A stretch of 64,000 bases of DNA from Fimicolochytrium jonesii (GCF_025526975.1 NW_026515672.1:310001-374000), one strand, 5' to 3'. Shown: positions 25,477-38,273, numbered from the stretch's first letter. The notes: generated by a model not told the origin, from the sequence alone. Program-made: numbers and translations.

Positions 25477-26553
25477 ATGCCGCCGACGTTCGGAGGAGCT
25501 CCCAACTGCCCCCGCTGCGGGAAGGCAGTCTACATGGCTGAGCAGGTAAGCCTCCTCGCTCCCCGGCTCCATAGTCTCATTTCAACTCCTCAACTCGAAA
25601 AACGCGTTGAAAACACCGCTTACCTTCCGCTGACTGTGCAGGTTACGGGGCCTGGTGGACAGTGGCACAAGACATGTCTGACTTGCAAGGTAAGAACAGG
25701 CGCGGTATTGGGATGTGCACTATGTTGCGGGGAGGAAGAAGTGGCTCTCTCGGACTTTGCCCCGCCACCTACGGGTGTCTTACACTTTCGTGTTTCATAG
25801 GAGTGCAACAAGCGGCTGGATAGCACCTCGTTAACGGAACGCGAAAAGGAAGCCTATTGCAAAACCTGCTACGGAAAGATGTTTGGTCCGAAAGGTGTGG
25901 TCTACAAATGCTCTGCCACGTCCCGCTATTACATTTCCAATGATATGTTCTTGGATCCGGCAGGCTACGGCTTTGGCGTCCTGAACACCGACACAACAAT
26001 CACAGACGCACAGCGCTTCTCTCCCAGCCCGTCACCCGGTGGATCTCGGGCGGGCTCTCAAACGAGTCTTGGGTCGTCAGGCGGAGGCTCTGCAGGCAAC
26101 CTCAACCGTACTGGTAGTGGAAACATTACAGCTGGGTCTGGGGCGGGCACAGCTCCAACGATTGGAAAGCCGAAGTTTGGAGGCGCTGACAACTGTCCCA
26201 GATGCGGGAAGGCTGTATACTTTGCGGAGCAGGTTGGCCGAATCGATCATCTTTCCGAGAGGTCTTCAGAAGTCTTCTCCCGTACTAAAGCGCTTCGTCT
26301 TGAGGTCATGGGACCACAAGGGATTAAATATCACAAACTGTGCTTCAAATGCAGCGATTGCAACAAAACCCTGGACTCGACTACTTTGGCAGACAGGGAG
26401 GGTGTCATATATTGCAAGACGTGCCATGGCAAAAAGTTTGGACCGAAGGTATGGATAATTCAAATGGCTTAGCTTCGATGCGGGTCATTGTTCTGATCCT
26501 GCAACATCTAGGGCTTTGGTTTCGCCAGTGGCGCTGCGGGACTCACCACTTAG
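25477..26553 (+). CDS. Cysteine- and glycine-rich two-LIM-domain protein (CRP/CSRP-like)
   Basis: Two LIM domains 'FGGAxxCPRCGKAVYxAEQ..HKxCxxCxxCNKxLDST..YCKTCxGKxFGPKG(Y/F)GF', each followed by a Gly-rich tail; 6 exons inferred. Confidence 0.92.
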
Positions 26554-26827
26554 TCGCCGGGTGTTGTCGAACTCGCATGTTTGGGATATTGGGAAGATTA
26601 CATATGCATACAATCATTATTGGACTGCTACTTCATTGCGTTCTGTGTAGAATAAGCTATAAGCCTTCAGATGAGACGTTCTACAGTATGACTGCCGCCA
26701 TGTGAATAGGGGGGATACGCTCCTTCCGCGTAGGCGCTGAATTAATCCCGATGATGCGAGAGAAGGCGCATCTGCGCGAGTGAAGCTGCTGTCTCCGCCG
26801 CAGGTCCTTCTTCCGTTTGTCCGCAAC

Positions 26828-27079
26828 ATGACGGTAGCGTCTTGGAAGGTAATCGCCGGCGTGTGCAAGGACGGTGTGCAAACCCCGCCGGGTCGCTCGT
26901 CGCATTCCGCGACTGTGGTAAAAGGCAGCTTACTAGTCTTCAGCGATGCGCCGGACGGGAAGAGGCCTGCTGGTCGGGGTTGGTTTCCAGTTGGGATTTG
27001 GAAGGAGACGGTCGTGATACATGGAGGGTTTACGGGCACGGCGAGAGATGACGGCGTCTATATCCTGAACATTGACTAG
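26828..27079 (+). pseudogene. Truncated or internally deleted kelch-repeat gene remnant
   Basis: The 83-codon ORF has a first-blade motif 'PPGRSSHSATVVKGSLLVF' fused directly to a last-blade motif 'PAGRGWF...VVIHGGF...DDGVYIL*'; too short for a propeller. Confidence 0.55.
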
Positions 27080-27503
27080 ATATAGTAGAGACACATGCAT
27101 GTAGAATCTCAAAGTTCATATTGAAAAGCTGGGGCCTTTTCCCATGTGGTTCTCAAAAATAAAAGTGCTGAGGAGGAGGAACTTCTCGAAATGGACTGTG
27201 GAACATTCGCACTGGTGTGACCGTGGTGAGATGACTCACGAGATAAACTGCCGGAACTCGGTATCGCTGCGTACCGAGTTCCCAGCCGCCCGCTGGGCCG
27301 ACCCGCGTCCAGCTCCGTGCGTGTTACAGCGCAATTTCTCATTCGCAGATCGCTCGCTGCGGCCAACTGACCAGAACTGGCCTGCCTATGGTTTGTCCAG
27401 CGCTGCGGGTGCAGACATAAAGACCGTCGGCAGTTCTTCGCCGCCATCCCCTTGACACCCATCCTCATTCCCGTACATCAGCCCCCGCCCACAACCCACA
27501 GCA

Positions 27504-28745
27504 ATGCGTCTCGCGGCCACCTCCACCCTCGCCCTATGGGCCCTCGGCAGCACCTCCACCGTCCTGGCACAGATCCCCGTAGCAAGCCCCGCCGTCTCAG
27601 TCCCCCCGGTCGGCCTCCCGGCACCCACCCCAGCCCCCGCTCCGATTTCGCCAGCAACAGGAGGCAGCGTAACAACCCCCTTCGCCGCCGGCCCCGTCGC
27701 AACAGTGACCCGCCCAGCGACGATCGCCAACCCTTCCACAGTACCCGCTGCACCTGCCGGTGCGACCTGCGGATCTAACGCCTGGACCTACGTCAACTCC
27801 ACCGCCGGCCTCCGCTCTGCCATCCCTGCCGGCTGCACGACCTTCCTCGGCTCCCTCTCTCTCTCCGGCGCGGGCATCACCGACCTCTCCGCCCTCTCCA
27901 CCATCCAGAGCATCCAGCTCTCTGTCGACATCGCCTCCACGGGCCTGACCGACCTCACCGGCCTCACCGGCCTCAAAACCATCGGCGAGAACTTCTTCGT
28001 CCACGACAACCCCAACCTCATCAACGTCGGCGGCGTCTCCTCCCTCACTACAGTCGGCGGCGGTATCCTGATCTACCAGAACCCCAAACTCGTCTCCGTC
28101 TCCGGCCTCGCATCCCTGAAAGGCATCAACCCGGACCGCAGCCCTAAATACCAGTTCGGAATCTCCATCTACGGAAACCCGCTCCTCGCCTCCCTGGATG
28201 GCCTGCAATCCCTCTCGTCGGTGGGCAACTACCTTGACCTGCACAACAATACCCGCATGACATCAATCAAATCCCTCCCGACATCCGGCTCCTTCCCTGT
28301 GCCTTTTCTCCGCGTCTCCGCCCTGCCCGCACTGGACTCCCTCGCCCCGTTGTCCGTCTACACGTCCACGGCGAACGGATCTGCGGTCGACATCTCCATG
28401 AACGACCAGATCACCACTTTGGCTGGATTAGCGGGGTTCACGAAGATCTCCAACCTCACCATCGCGCACAACGCTATGCTTGCGGATGTGACCGCCTTGG
28501 GTAACTCTACCATCACCGGCCCTGTGTTGGTTGATGATAACACCAAGCTTTGCGATCTATCTGCGATCAAGGCGACGGCCGGTGTCAAAGCCACGTGCGG
28601 TCAGAAGCAGCAGGTTACTGGGAGCGGTCAGGGGTCGGCTGGTGGCAACAACGCGTTGGCCCAGAATGCCGCGACTTCCCTCTCGGGTCTCCCGGTGGCG
28701 GTCGCTGCTGTTTTGGGCGCTGCGGCGGCTATTTTGCCGTTCTGA
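27504..28745 (+). CDS. Secreted, probably GPI-anchored receptor-L-domain/LRR cell-surface protein (Ecm33/Sps2-like architecture)
   Basis: Signal peptide 'MRLAATSTLALWALGSTSTVLA', Pro/Thr-rich stalk, repeats 'LxGLxxLxxIGxxxxIxxNPxL', C-terminal small residues plus hydrophobic tail. Intronless, strong C-ending codon bias. Confidence 0.85.
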   Translation: MRLAATSTLALWALGSTSTVLAQIPVASPAVSVPPVGLPAPTPAPAPISPATGGSVTTPFAAGPVATVTRPATIANPSTVPAAPAGATCGSNAWTYVNSTAGLRSAIPAGCTTFLGSLSLSGAGITDLSALSTIQSIQLSVDIASTGLTDLTGLTGLKTIGENFFVHDNPNLINVGGVSSLTTVGGGILIYQNPKLVSVSGLASLKGINPDRSPKYQFGISIYGNPLLASLDGLQSLSSVGNYLDLHNNTRMTSIKSLPTSGSFPVPFLRVSALPALDSLAPLSVYTSTANGSAVDISMNDQITTLAGLAGFTKISNLTIAHNAMLADVTALGNSTITGPVLVDDNTKLCDLSAIKATAGVKATCGQKQQVTGSGQGSAGGNNALAQNAATSLSGLPVAVAAVLGAAAAILPF

Positions 28746-29174
28746 GGAGAATTGTACATGTCACGTTTTTTCAAGTGACAGCCGACTGTGCTGTCGCCCT
28801 CAACCACCCATACACAATAAACCATAAAGATTAGAGATATACTCCGATTGACGGCTTCTTACGCCGGTATAATCATGTAAATAGAAGATAATGCTAGACA
28901 TTTCACCTTAGAGCAACATGAAACCACTTCTCAGTTCCATCGTATTTGATACGCACAATACAGCACATTAGAACAATCAGCAGAATTTTCCCGCGAAGAG
29001 TAGTTTCCTGCCTGCTGCTTCTTCAAACCCATATCTTTTGAGAACAGTTACAGTTTTCCAAACATGCTCGACTGAGCTACTCGGAGTGGTAATTGTTTCG
29101 CCCACTAGGTCCATACGCGCATCACTCATCGACCGCCCAACGCGGCACTTTTCCATTCCTCTCCCCGAACTAAA

Positions 29175-30735
29175 TCAATATCGCCGGCGGTAGTCTTCAC
29201 GACGGGAATCACGTCGATCATTTCTACAAAGCACAAAGCAACGATAGAGAGGTCATGTCAGCTATCGCCAGCGCAAACCGGGTCCAGGAAGCTAACAATT
29301 ACATACCGGTCATCATCATCATACTTGATATTCGAATAATCGTCCTCCCGAGATCTATGGCTGCCATGAGAGGAGCGATAATCCCGGCCCGGACTCCTAC
29401 TGTGTCTCCGATAACCTGGGTCTCGTCTATCGTTACAATCGTATGGAGCCGCACGGGCGTCGTACCTACGGTCTGCGAGTTGAGGAAGAAATGCTCAGTT
29501 TGAGATCACGTCAATTTACAAGAACGAGAGAGGCTTACCTGGGCGATCATAGCCCCTGTCAGGGCCTTGGTCTCGGTTATAGTCTCGGCCATTGCGGGGT
29601 CCCGAGTCGTAGTATGGCCGCCCGGGATTCTCGTTGCGATGATAGTCCACTGCATTGCGATTGCCATTGAATCCTCTGTTGAAAGGGAAAGTGTGAGTAT
29701 AGGCGAGTCTCCGTACTCAGAATCTGATCCATGTCCCATACCTAGCCGGAGGAGCCTCTTCGCGGACGGGTTCCGCACCCACTGGTGGGTGCTCCTTAAG
29801 TTTCTTTTCCAACTCTCTGGCAATTGGCACAGGAATGCGAGGAAGAATGGTGCCGATCCATTTATTTTCCGTCAACAGATCTCGACACAAACGACCGATT
29901 GTCCTACAAGGGATGAACAGATACGTTTATTATCAAAGGTCAAACGATAATGCTCGCGTGATGTCCACTCACATTGACCGCGGGTGCAGCCCAGCTTCGA
30001 CCAACAATTCTTCTTCGTCATCAAGATACGGTCCGAACCAGTCCCAGAGATCCGCAGGCTTACAAACATAGCGAAGGTAAAGGAAACCAAGCGCACGGAT
30101 GTGCCTAAATGAGAAATGGAACGACATTAGCCATAGCTCTCCCCTCGTAGCAATGATATGGAGCGATCTCTCCAAATTCTTACGGCGAATCTTTGTGGGT
30201 GATAAGGCCCTGGACCTGTTTCACAGTCAATTTCAATGTCCACAACTTGAACAGCAGACAGAAGGCAGTAGAGGCGTTGTTACCCTTGAAAAAGGGTTCT
30301 GTTCAAGTAGAAAGTAGCGATATGGATTGTCGTTTGGGAAGAGAGAACGTGGAGCAGACCGGTTAGCTTTAAAGGTGTCGACGGAATCAATGCAGAAGCG
30401 AAATTTTTACCCAGCGTTGGCCGCAAGTAATGCTAGCGGGGGAAGCTGTTTTGGTTTCCTCAGATTACTCACCAAGTGATTTCACTTGATGAGATAACCG
30501 AAAAAGGGGAAGACGGTCAGATGGTCGACCTATGGATTCCGTGGGAAAATCACCCTTGACGCTCACCTGATTCATAGATTTCGTCAATGACTTCGTGATA
30601 CGACTTGATTTCATACAAGCCTTTGAAGTACGGAGACGATATGATGTTCTGATACAAGATATTGTGCAGGTTCATCGTATCCTTGTTGCCGACAGTGTCG
30701 AGCTTTTTGGATCGCTTTGATTCCTCTTCAGTCAT
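29175..30735 (-). CDS. PRPF38B: Pre-mRNA splicing factor PRP38B-type with Arg/Asp/Ser-rich tail, multi-exon
   Basis: 'TMNLHNILYQNIISSPYFK.LYEIKSYHEVIDEIY', 'STAFCLLFKLWTLKLT.KQV', 'HIRALGFLYLRY..PADLWDWFGPYLDDEE', 'TILPRIPVP'; includes a 12-nt microexon at 30473-30484. Confidence 0.92.
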
Positions 30736-31273
30736 GGTTGCTTGCTTGAACGGTTGAAGAAGGATGGTATTTCTGGCAAGGATGTGTGCGAAGGGGAAAC
30801 TGCACTGTGAAACTGCTCTCCAACGTGAAGGGGTAGACTGGACCTTCTGGCCGGGGGGCAAATCGAGCCTGTGTCTGTCCTGGGTCGAGTCCCAATGATG
30901 CGCTGTGAGCAGAATCGCCTGTTGCCCTGGCTGTTGCCCAGCTTTCGAGTGATCCAGTCCATGTCCAGAAGGAAGTCATCGCCCAGGACCTCATGGACGC
31001 GAGGGGGTCGGGGGGCCGATGAGATCGCGGGAGCCTCTTTTGCGCGGTGGGTGCGAAACACGTCCGATCCTGAGCAGAGAGAAAAGAGGGGCCTCTCGCA
31101 AGAGCGCTTCTCTTTTTTTCTCTTTCCGGCACACCAAGCCGGCGCAACTACTCCTCGCAAGCGTCCACCGTCAAGCACAACAACCCCTTCACAACACATA
31201 GGTCGCCCCCTCACCTCTGAGCGACGACTCATATCTTCATAGCCGTCTTGTGTATTGCGACCAACGGACAGAA

Positions 31274-33493
31274 ATGAAGTACATTCTGGTAACCGGTGGT
31301 GTCATCTCTGGTATCGGCAAGGGCGTGATCGCCTCGTCGACCGGGCTTCTGCTCAGGACCCGAGGACTGAGAGTCACCAGTATCAAAATTGACCCTTACC
31401 TCAACATTGACGCTGGAACCCTGTCACCTCTTGACCACGGTACGTTTTTGAAGGGAAGGTGCGCGGGAATGTGGAGAAGCGTTCCTGGCGTGCGTTAGGG
31501 TTGGCAAGGGCGGAAGGGAATGGATAGTGCCCAACACATTTGGTTACCCAAACTGTGTACTGAACAAAGCTTTACCTCCTCACTATAGGTGAGGTCTTTG
31601 TGCTTGACGACGGTGGTGAGGTCGACCTTGATCTTGGAAACTACGAGCGTTTCCTCGACATCACCCTGACCCGGGAGAACAACATCACTACGGGAAAGAT
31701 CTATAAGAGCGTTATTGAACGTGAACGTCGCGGAGACTATCTTGGCAAAACCGTCCAGGTTGTTCCCCATATCACGGATGCTATCCAGGAGTGGGTCGAG
31801 CGTGTTGCCAGGGTGCCCGTTGATGACTCGGGAGAGGAGCCCGACGTATGCATCATTGAGCTGGGAGGAACCGTCGGTGACATCGAGTCGGCTCCTTTCG
31901 TAGAAGCTATGCGCCAATTCCATTTCCGTGTCGGACACAGCAATTTCTGCTTGATCCACGTCTCACTGATCCCCGTGGTTGGGTCCGTCGGTGAGCAGAA
32001 GACAAAGCCCACGCAAGCTAGCGTGCGTGATCTGCGTGGTCTGGGTCTGTCTCCCGACCTGGTAAGTTGCTGATTTTCTGGTTTCCGTGACATGTCAAAA
32101 GGCATCCGGGACTAAGTTTGCTTTCGACTAGATTGCATGCCGTAGCAGCAAGCAGCTGGATGAGGATGTCAAGGAAAAAATTGCCATGTTCTGTCATGTA
32201 GAGAAGGAACATGTGATGGCCGTGCATGACTGCCAGTCCGTCTACCACGTTCCATTGCTGCTGGATAGCCAAGGGTTGGTGACAGTTCTGGAGAAACGCC
32301 TCAACCTTCAGCCAAGGCGGGATAGCAGGTCTACCCACCTTCACTCCAAATGGAAGGAACTCACCGTGAGGTAAGGTTGACGATATGTCGATCTGCGGCA
32401 ATGCGAGCAGAGACGCCTAACCTTCGGCTCACCAGACACGACCGATTGTTCGACGTTGTGAAGATCGTCCTTGTTGGAAAGTACACCCACTTGAAGGACT
32501 CTTACATCTCAGTCGTGAAAGCTCTGGAGCACGCTGCCCTCGCATGCAGCCGAAAGCTGAAAATCGAGTGGGTCGAAGCATCAGAGCTGGAGCCTGCAGC
32601 CCTCTCTGTCGACCCCATCAAGTACCACGAGGCCTGGAAGGTTCTTGTCGGAGCGAGCGGAATTTTGGTTCCGGGAGGATTCGGGGAGCGCGGATCAGAG
32701 GGCAAGATCGCGGCCGCGAAGTGGGCTCGTGAGAACAAGGTGCCTTACCTCGGCATCTGCCTCGGCATGCAAATTGCCGTCATTGAGTTTGCCCGCAATG
32801 TCTGCGGTCTGACTGGAGCCAACTCTGCGGAACTGGACAAGGATACTCCTCACCCTGTCGTCATCAACATGCCCGAGATCTCGGCAACCGTCATGGGCGG
32901 CACTATGCGTCTTGGGGACCGCACGACCAACTTCACGAAGGACAGCACGGATTCCATTACTCGTAGACTGTACGGTGGTGCCAACACCATTCATGAGAGG
33001 CATCGTCACCGATACGAGATCAACCCCGAATACATAAACCAGATTGAGAAGGCTGGCTTGGACTTCATCGGCAAGGATGAGAAGGGCGAACGGATGATCA
33101 TGATTGAGCTCAAAGGTATGACGCTTGGAAGATTGGCCAGACCGACTTGGACCGTCTAGCTCATCCTATTTCCGCGCTTTAGACCACCCATTCTTTGTCG
33201 GCACGCAATATCACCCCGAATACAAGACCCGCCCTCTCAAGCCCACCCCCGTCTTCCTCGGCTTCATCCTCGCGGCCGCCGGCCTCCTCCCCGAGTACCT
33301 CGCCAACATCGACACCCCCGAGAACCGCTCCTTGGGCCGGTATCCTAGCGTCCACGACAACCTCGATGCGGCTGCTGGCCCTGAGGCGACTGCGGACGCG
33401 TCGCTGGCAAGGAAGGGGGAGGCTGTTAACGGCATTGCGCCTGAAGTGGTCGCGACGGGAATCTCGATTGAGAAGGATGGAAAGAAGGTTTGA
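31274..33493 (+). CDS. URA7: CTP synthase, 5 exons
   Basis: '[17 protein letters not shown]', '[10 protein letters not shown]', '[12 protein letters not shown]', 'KTKPTQ', glutaminase 'LGICLGMQ', 'ERHRHRYE', 'GTQYHPE'. Confidence 0.98.
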
Positions 33494-33896
33494 GAGCAGC
33501 TTATCAAGGAAAAAGTTTGTAAAATGCCCTTCTGGGCATCGAGAAAGAAGCCAGGTCCAGGCGTTTCGTCGTAGATGGGATCTCTTGATTTTCCCTACAG
33601 TACAGCATTGCCCTTCCTTTTACCTATCGTGATTAGCGCTGAAAGGTCTCTTCGAGTTTGCATAGTCATCCCGAATTATTTAGATTGCAATTTTCCTACT
33701 GTGCATGTCGGTCCCTCCGACTCTCTTGTATCCAGCAATTAGATATTTATACAAACGCCATGTTCGCATTTTACACCGCATCGTTCTTTGGGTCACTGGG
33801 GTGTGTCGTTCAACGGTCTTCTGACGGTCTTTGGAAAAGGTGTCGTGAGCGCTGAGGAAGTGCGCAGACATCGGAACGACGCGTTGAGCTAGTAAT

Positions 33897-34562
33897 CTCG
33901 AAAACTTCCCCTTCAAGATCATCACCTTCCCACGTCTCTCCGTCGCTGCAGTCCTCGCCGCCGGTCAAATGGTCTTCGCCGGTGATCTTTACTGGTATGC
34001 TCGTCTTGAACTTATGATATGGCTTGATGCAAATCAAAAGACCTCATGTTTCGTGCACAACGAGTTCCCCACCTTCACCCGCCGCAAACCCGCCGGGAAG
34101 GAATTCGCCCTCGCGCACGGCATGCCGCTCGCGGACGTCGCGTCGGTGCCAGTGTCGACGCCGTTGCAGAATGCAAGGTTCGATGATGTTGTTGAGGTGA
34201 TTTGTGCTTTGGGGGCTGGCGGTGGGAAAGTCGTGGGAACGGTGAAAGGTTGGGCGTGGAGGCAGATGATGTTGAAGGGTCGGTGCGTCTTGCTATTGCG
34301 TACGACGTCCTCGGTGGACGACGGAGAAGGGCAGAAGGTTCCACTTCGGGAACATCACAGCGAACTTCCTTCCCGTGCCAACTATGCACGGAAGTCCTAC
34401 CGGACATCAGGGAGCTTATGGATCATCTGAAAGTGCATATCGAGCAAGAGAGCCGAGATGACGCCCGCGGTTCAGACACCCAAGGCAGCGGCGAAAGCCG
34501 GGGAGCATGTATGCGGTATATGTGAGAAGGTGTTTACGTCTGGGTGCCCATAAGGGGCATCA
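33897..34562 (+). pseudogene. Degenerate coding relic including C2H2 zinc-finger fragments
   Basis: Protein-like fragments in different frames, including 'FPCQLCTEVLPDIRELMDHLKVH' and 'HVCGICEKVF'; no coherent full-length gene model found. Confidence 0.35.
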
Positions 34563-34962
34563 TACGAGGAGGAACTAGGTAGAGCCGGTAACGGCGAAGA
34601 GAAGGTGATGGATGGATTGTCTGTGGAGATAGACAAAGGGGACGGACGATGGAGCCTTTCATATTTCGGACAAGGGGATGTAGATTCAGCAAAATCACGG
34701 TGTTCTATAGACGCCTGACAAGTACAAACAGAGGGAGAAACGATTATGCAAAATGAATAACAGATTCAGTTCTACGCGTGCTATGTGGCACCTTGGCCCC
34801 CGCAGACCTGGTTGAATGAGACTGAATCGCGCCCTCTAATACTACGATGATATGTACGAATAACGGTAGACCCGTGCATGCTGCTATATATGAATGCCCA
34901 TCTCGTATATAAATACCGCAACTGTGTGGGCGAGATGAATCGACTCGATGGTGGGGCTGTCT

Positions 34963-37388
34963 CTAAATATCTCCAAAATCAGGGCGGCCCTTCCGTGTTT
35001 GGGCTTTGCGCTTGGTTGAATCCAGTTCCTTTTTACGGGTTCGGATGGTGGATGGTGTGATCTCGATCACTTCGTCGTCTGTGCGGGATGAACAGATGGT
35101 TTTTAACGACGGCGACGAGTGAGGCCCCATGTGGAAGTACGCCTAGACCATACCTTGGACGTAAGCAATCATTTTCTCCAGCCCAAACTGCTCAACTGGC
35201 GACAATCGAATGGCCTCATCCTTCGCGACCGTCCTAATATTCGTCAACTGCTTTGCCTTCGACGGGTTAACCTCCAGGTCGTGTTCACGGTTATGTTCTC
35301 CGATAATCATTCCGGGGTACACCTTGACACCAGGCCCGACGAAGAGCTTGCCTCGGGGCTCGATGGATGCGAGGGCGTAGCCGGTGGTTTCGCCGAGGGC
35401 GGTGGAGATGATGGAGCCTTTCCGTGTCTTTTCGAGAGCGCCGCGGTAGGGCTCGTAGCCGCGGAGCATGTAGTTGATGGTTCCTTGTCCGTGTGTCTTT
35501 TGGAGGAACAATGTCGGTGAAACCTATTTTTCATACTTTACTGTGCTGGCACACGGAACTTACGTCGTTCTTGAACTCGGCAGGGTATCCCAACAACCCA
35601 CGTGTTGGAATCTCGAAAATGAGCCTGGCCTTATCCCCACTCTCCGTGTAACTCTTCATATCTCCTTTCCGCTTCGTGATCTTCTCAATCACAGTGCCAG
35701 CATGCTCATGCTCAACGTCGATGGTCAGTTCCTCGATGGGCTCCAACACCTGCTTGTTCTTGCCTTCGCCTTCCGTGCGGTAAATGACACGCGGTGGAGA
35801 GACGGAGATCTCGAACCCTTCTCTGCGCATAGTCTCGATGAGCACGCCCATTTGCAGCTCGCCACGACCCTTGACTTCGTAAGCTTCCCCGTGCTCGACG
35901 ACTTCCAGCGCAACATTGGTTTCTGTCTCCTTCAGAAGACGTTCACGGATCACCTGCGACGTCAGGAGCTTGCCCTCCTTGCCACCCAACGGCGAGTCGT
36001 TCACATAGAAGAACATAGAAATCGTCGGTGGGTCGACTTTGGTGAAAGGCAGGGGTGTGTCCACAACATGCTCGCAGATGGTGTGATTCACGTATGCTCC
36101 ATCGATACCAGCGACGGACACAATGTCACCTGCTCCAGCGACCTCGGTAGGAACCTGCTCGAGCCCCTGTCGCAGAAGCAGCTTGGTAACTTTGCCCTCA
36201 ACAGCAACCTTTCCCTCCGTGTTCAGCGACTTGATCTTGTCGCCTACACGGATAGTCCCAGACTGGACTTTCCCCATGTAACATTTGCCGACGTAAGGGT
36301 CGCTTTCGATTTGTGTGACGAGCATGGAGAAGGGTGCAGTGCGGTCGACTGATGGCGGGGGGACCTTCTCCAAGATCTGATCGAGTAATGGGAGGATGTT
36401 GTCTCTGCTGCCATCGACCTCAGTTGTCGCCCATCCGTCCTTTGCTGATGCATAGATGATAGGGTAGTCCAATTGCTCATCGGTAGCGTCCATACCAATG
36501 AAAAGCTCAAGAAGCTCTGAAAAGCGGTAAGAGCAGGTTAGCTCTGTGCATCGCCAAAGTAAGCTGATGCGATCGGCTCGTACCATCCTCGACCTGATCA
36601 GGCCGCGCCGTCGGCCTATCGACCTTGTTCATGACCACCAAAGGCTTCAAGTTCTTCTCCAAAGCCTTCGACAGCACAAATTTTGTCTGCGTCATCGGCC
36701 CTTCGGTCGCACACACAACCAGGCACACACCATCCACCATCGACAACACCCGTTCCACTTCGCCTCCGAAATCCGCGTGTCCTGGCGTATCGACGATGTT
36801 GATACGGTGCCCTTTATACGTGATTCCGGTGCTCTTTGACAGGATAGTAATGCCCCGCTCCTTTTCGAGGTCATTGGAATCCATGACTCGTGCCCCAGAC
36901 TCCATCTTCGCCGCGCCTAGTGAAATATATGTGAGACTGTGCGTCCTGTCGGAAGGTCAGCATTCGAAAGGGTAACAGCACACCCACCTGACTGGCGCAA
37001 CAGCTGGTCAACCAGCGTTGTCTTGCCGTGATCGACGTGAGCAATAATGGCCAGCTGACAGAAAGAAAGAACCGACGTAAATTCGAAACTCCGACAGCTA
37101 TCTCTCATACTCTCGACAACTCACATTCCGAATTTGCTTCACGTCAACGCATCCGTCGTCGTTAATGAATTCAGGAGCAACTTCAGCTAAAGAAGCCGAC
37201 GCATACCGCCGCCGAGCCTGGGCCCTGGCCGCTACACGCGCGAGTGGGACCGCTGCCGACCCAAGAGAGGCACGCAGCGAGTGGAAGTGCCGACCGGATA
37301 TTATCCGAGGCGCGCCGTATGCTCTTGGGACGACCTGGCGCAATGCGGAAGCCGACCTCCGGGCGACTGACTTTGCGAGGAAGGACAT
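34963..37388 (-). CDS. typA: TypA/BipA-family translational GTPase with mitochondrial-type presequence, multi-exon
   Basis: '[22 protein letters not shown]', '[19 protein letters not shown]', '[25 protein letters not shown]', '[22 protein letters not shown]', 'PTRGLLGY', 'KAKQLTNIR', '[18 protein letters not shown]'. N-terminus is Arg/Ser/Ala-rich with no acidic residues. Confidence 0.95.
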
Positions 37389-38273
37389 TGTTGCTGTGCT
37401 GGGGTTGGCGGCTTCTCTTGCGAAATCGAGGTCGCCGGCTGTGCGAATGGGTACAGTACAGGGGTTAGCAGGAATTTTTCCAACGAGGTGATTTTCCTGC
37501 GCGTCCTGCTTTTTCCGACAGGCGCGTTTTCTTCGCCAAAAGCGCATTTCGACAACTATCGACGGCTGGCGGACTTGCTGGAAATATCCTTCCAAACGGC
37601 AATATTCATCAGCTACGTACAATATGAGAGAAGCTAGGAGGTTATGACTCAAAGACGGACGGACCATATGCACACATTTCTGGTTGTTCCAAAACAGGTA
37701 GAAACACCCGCTTACCCGTTGAGTTTGCAGAATGGGAAGTGCAGCGGAATCGCAACCAGGAAGGAACAGGGGTGTCAGGAGTCACCAGGCAAAAAAAACA
37801 CCAACTTTGTTAAGGCGAGGGAAAAGGTGAAAGGGGGTATTTGTAATAGACACCATGCGAACTAATCGTGCAAGACATGATCAGCGCAATATCACAAATG
37901 CATGTGTGGTGGATTGCGCAAGTGAGGGGCGAGTATGGGTGTCATAGCAGGAGGGCCGTGGGGATGTGGGATATGTGTGTGGGGAAAAGAGGTGCGTCTT
38001 GCACGTCCTATGACACTATAATGCGTGCTGGCCACCCTCCGTCACCCAAAATCCACCGTCAATGAATGAAAGGGGATGAACGATGGATACCCTAGCCGCA
38101 GAAATGTCCACACGAGATGATTTGTTGAAATGACGAGTGATGTTGCAGGTGAAATGGCGCCAGAAATAAATCGATCGACATGCTGAAAGATGCAAGTCGT
38201 CGAATACATGCTTGTGGTGATGAATGTTGGTTGGTATATTGAAGAGAAGACCCGCGTGGCTGTCGGATGCGAT

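Noticed and set aside
25206..25505. 100-aa upstream extension of the 24588 ORF
   Set aside because: Non-ATG start, and it overlaps the divergent promoter and the start of the LIM gene.
35025..35040. Suspected frameshift in an A-run in the last typA exon
   Set aside because: Recounting gives five A's and the conserved reading RKKELD; the frame is intact.
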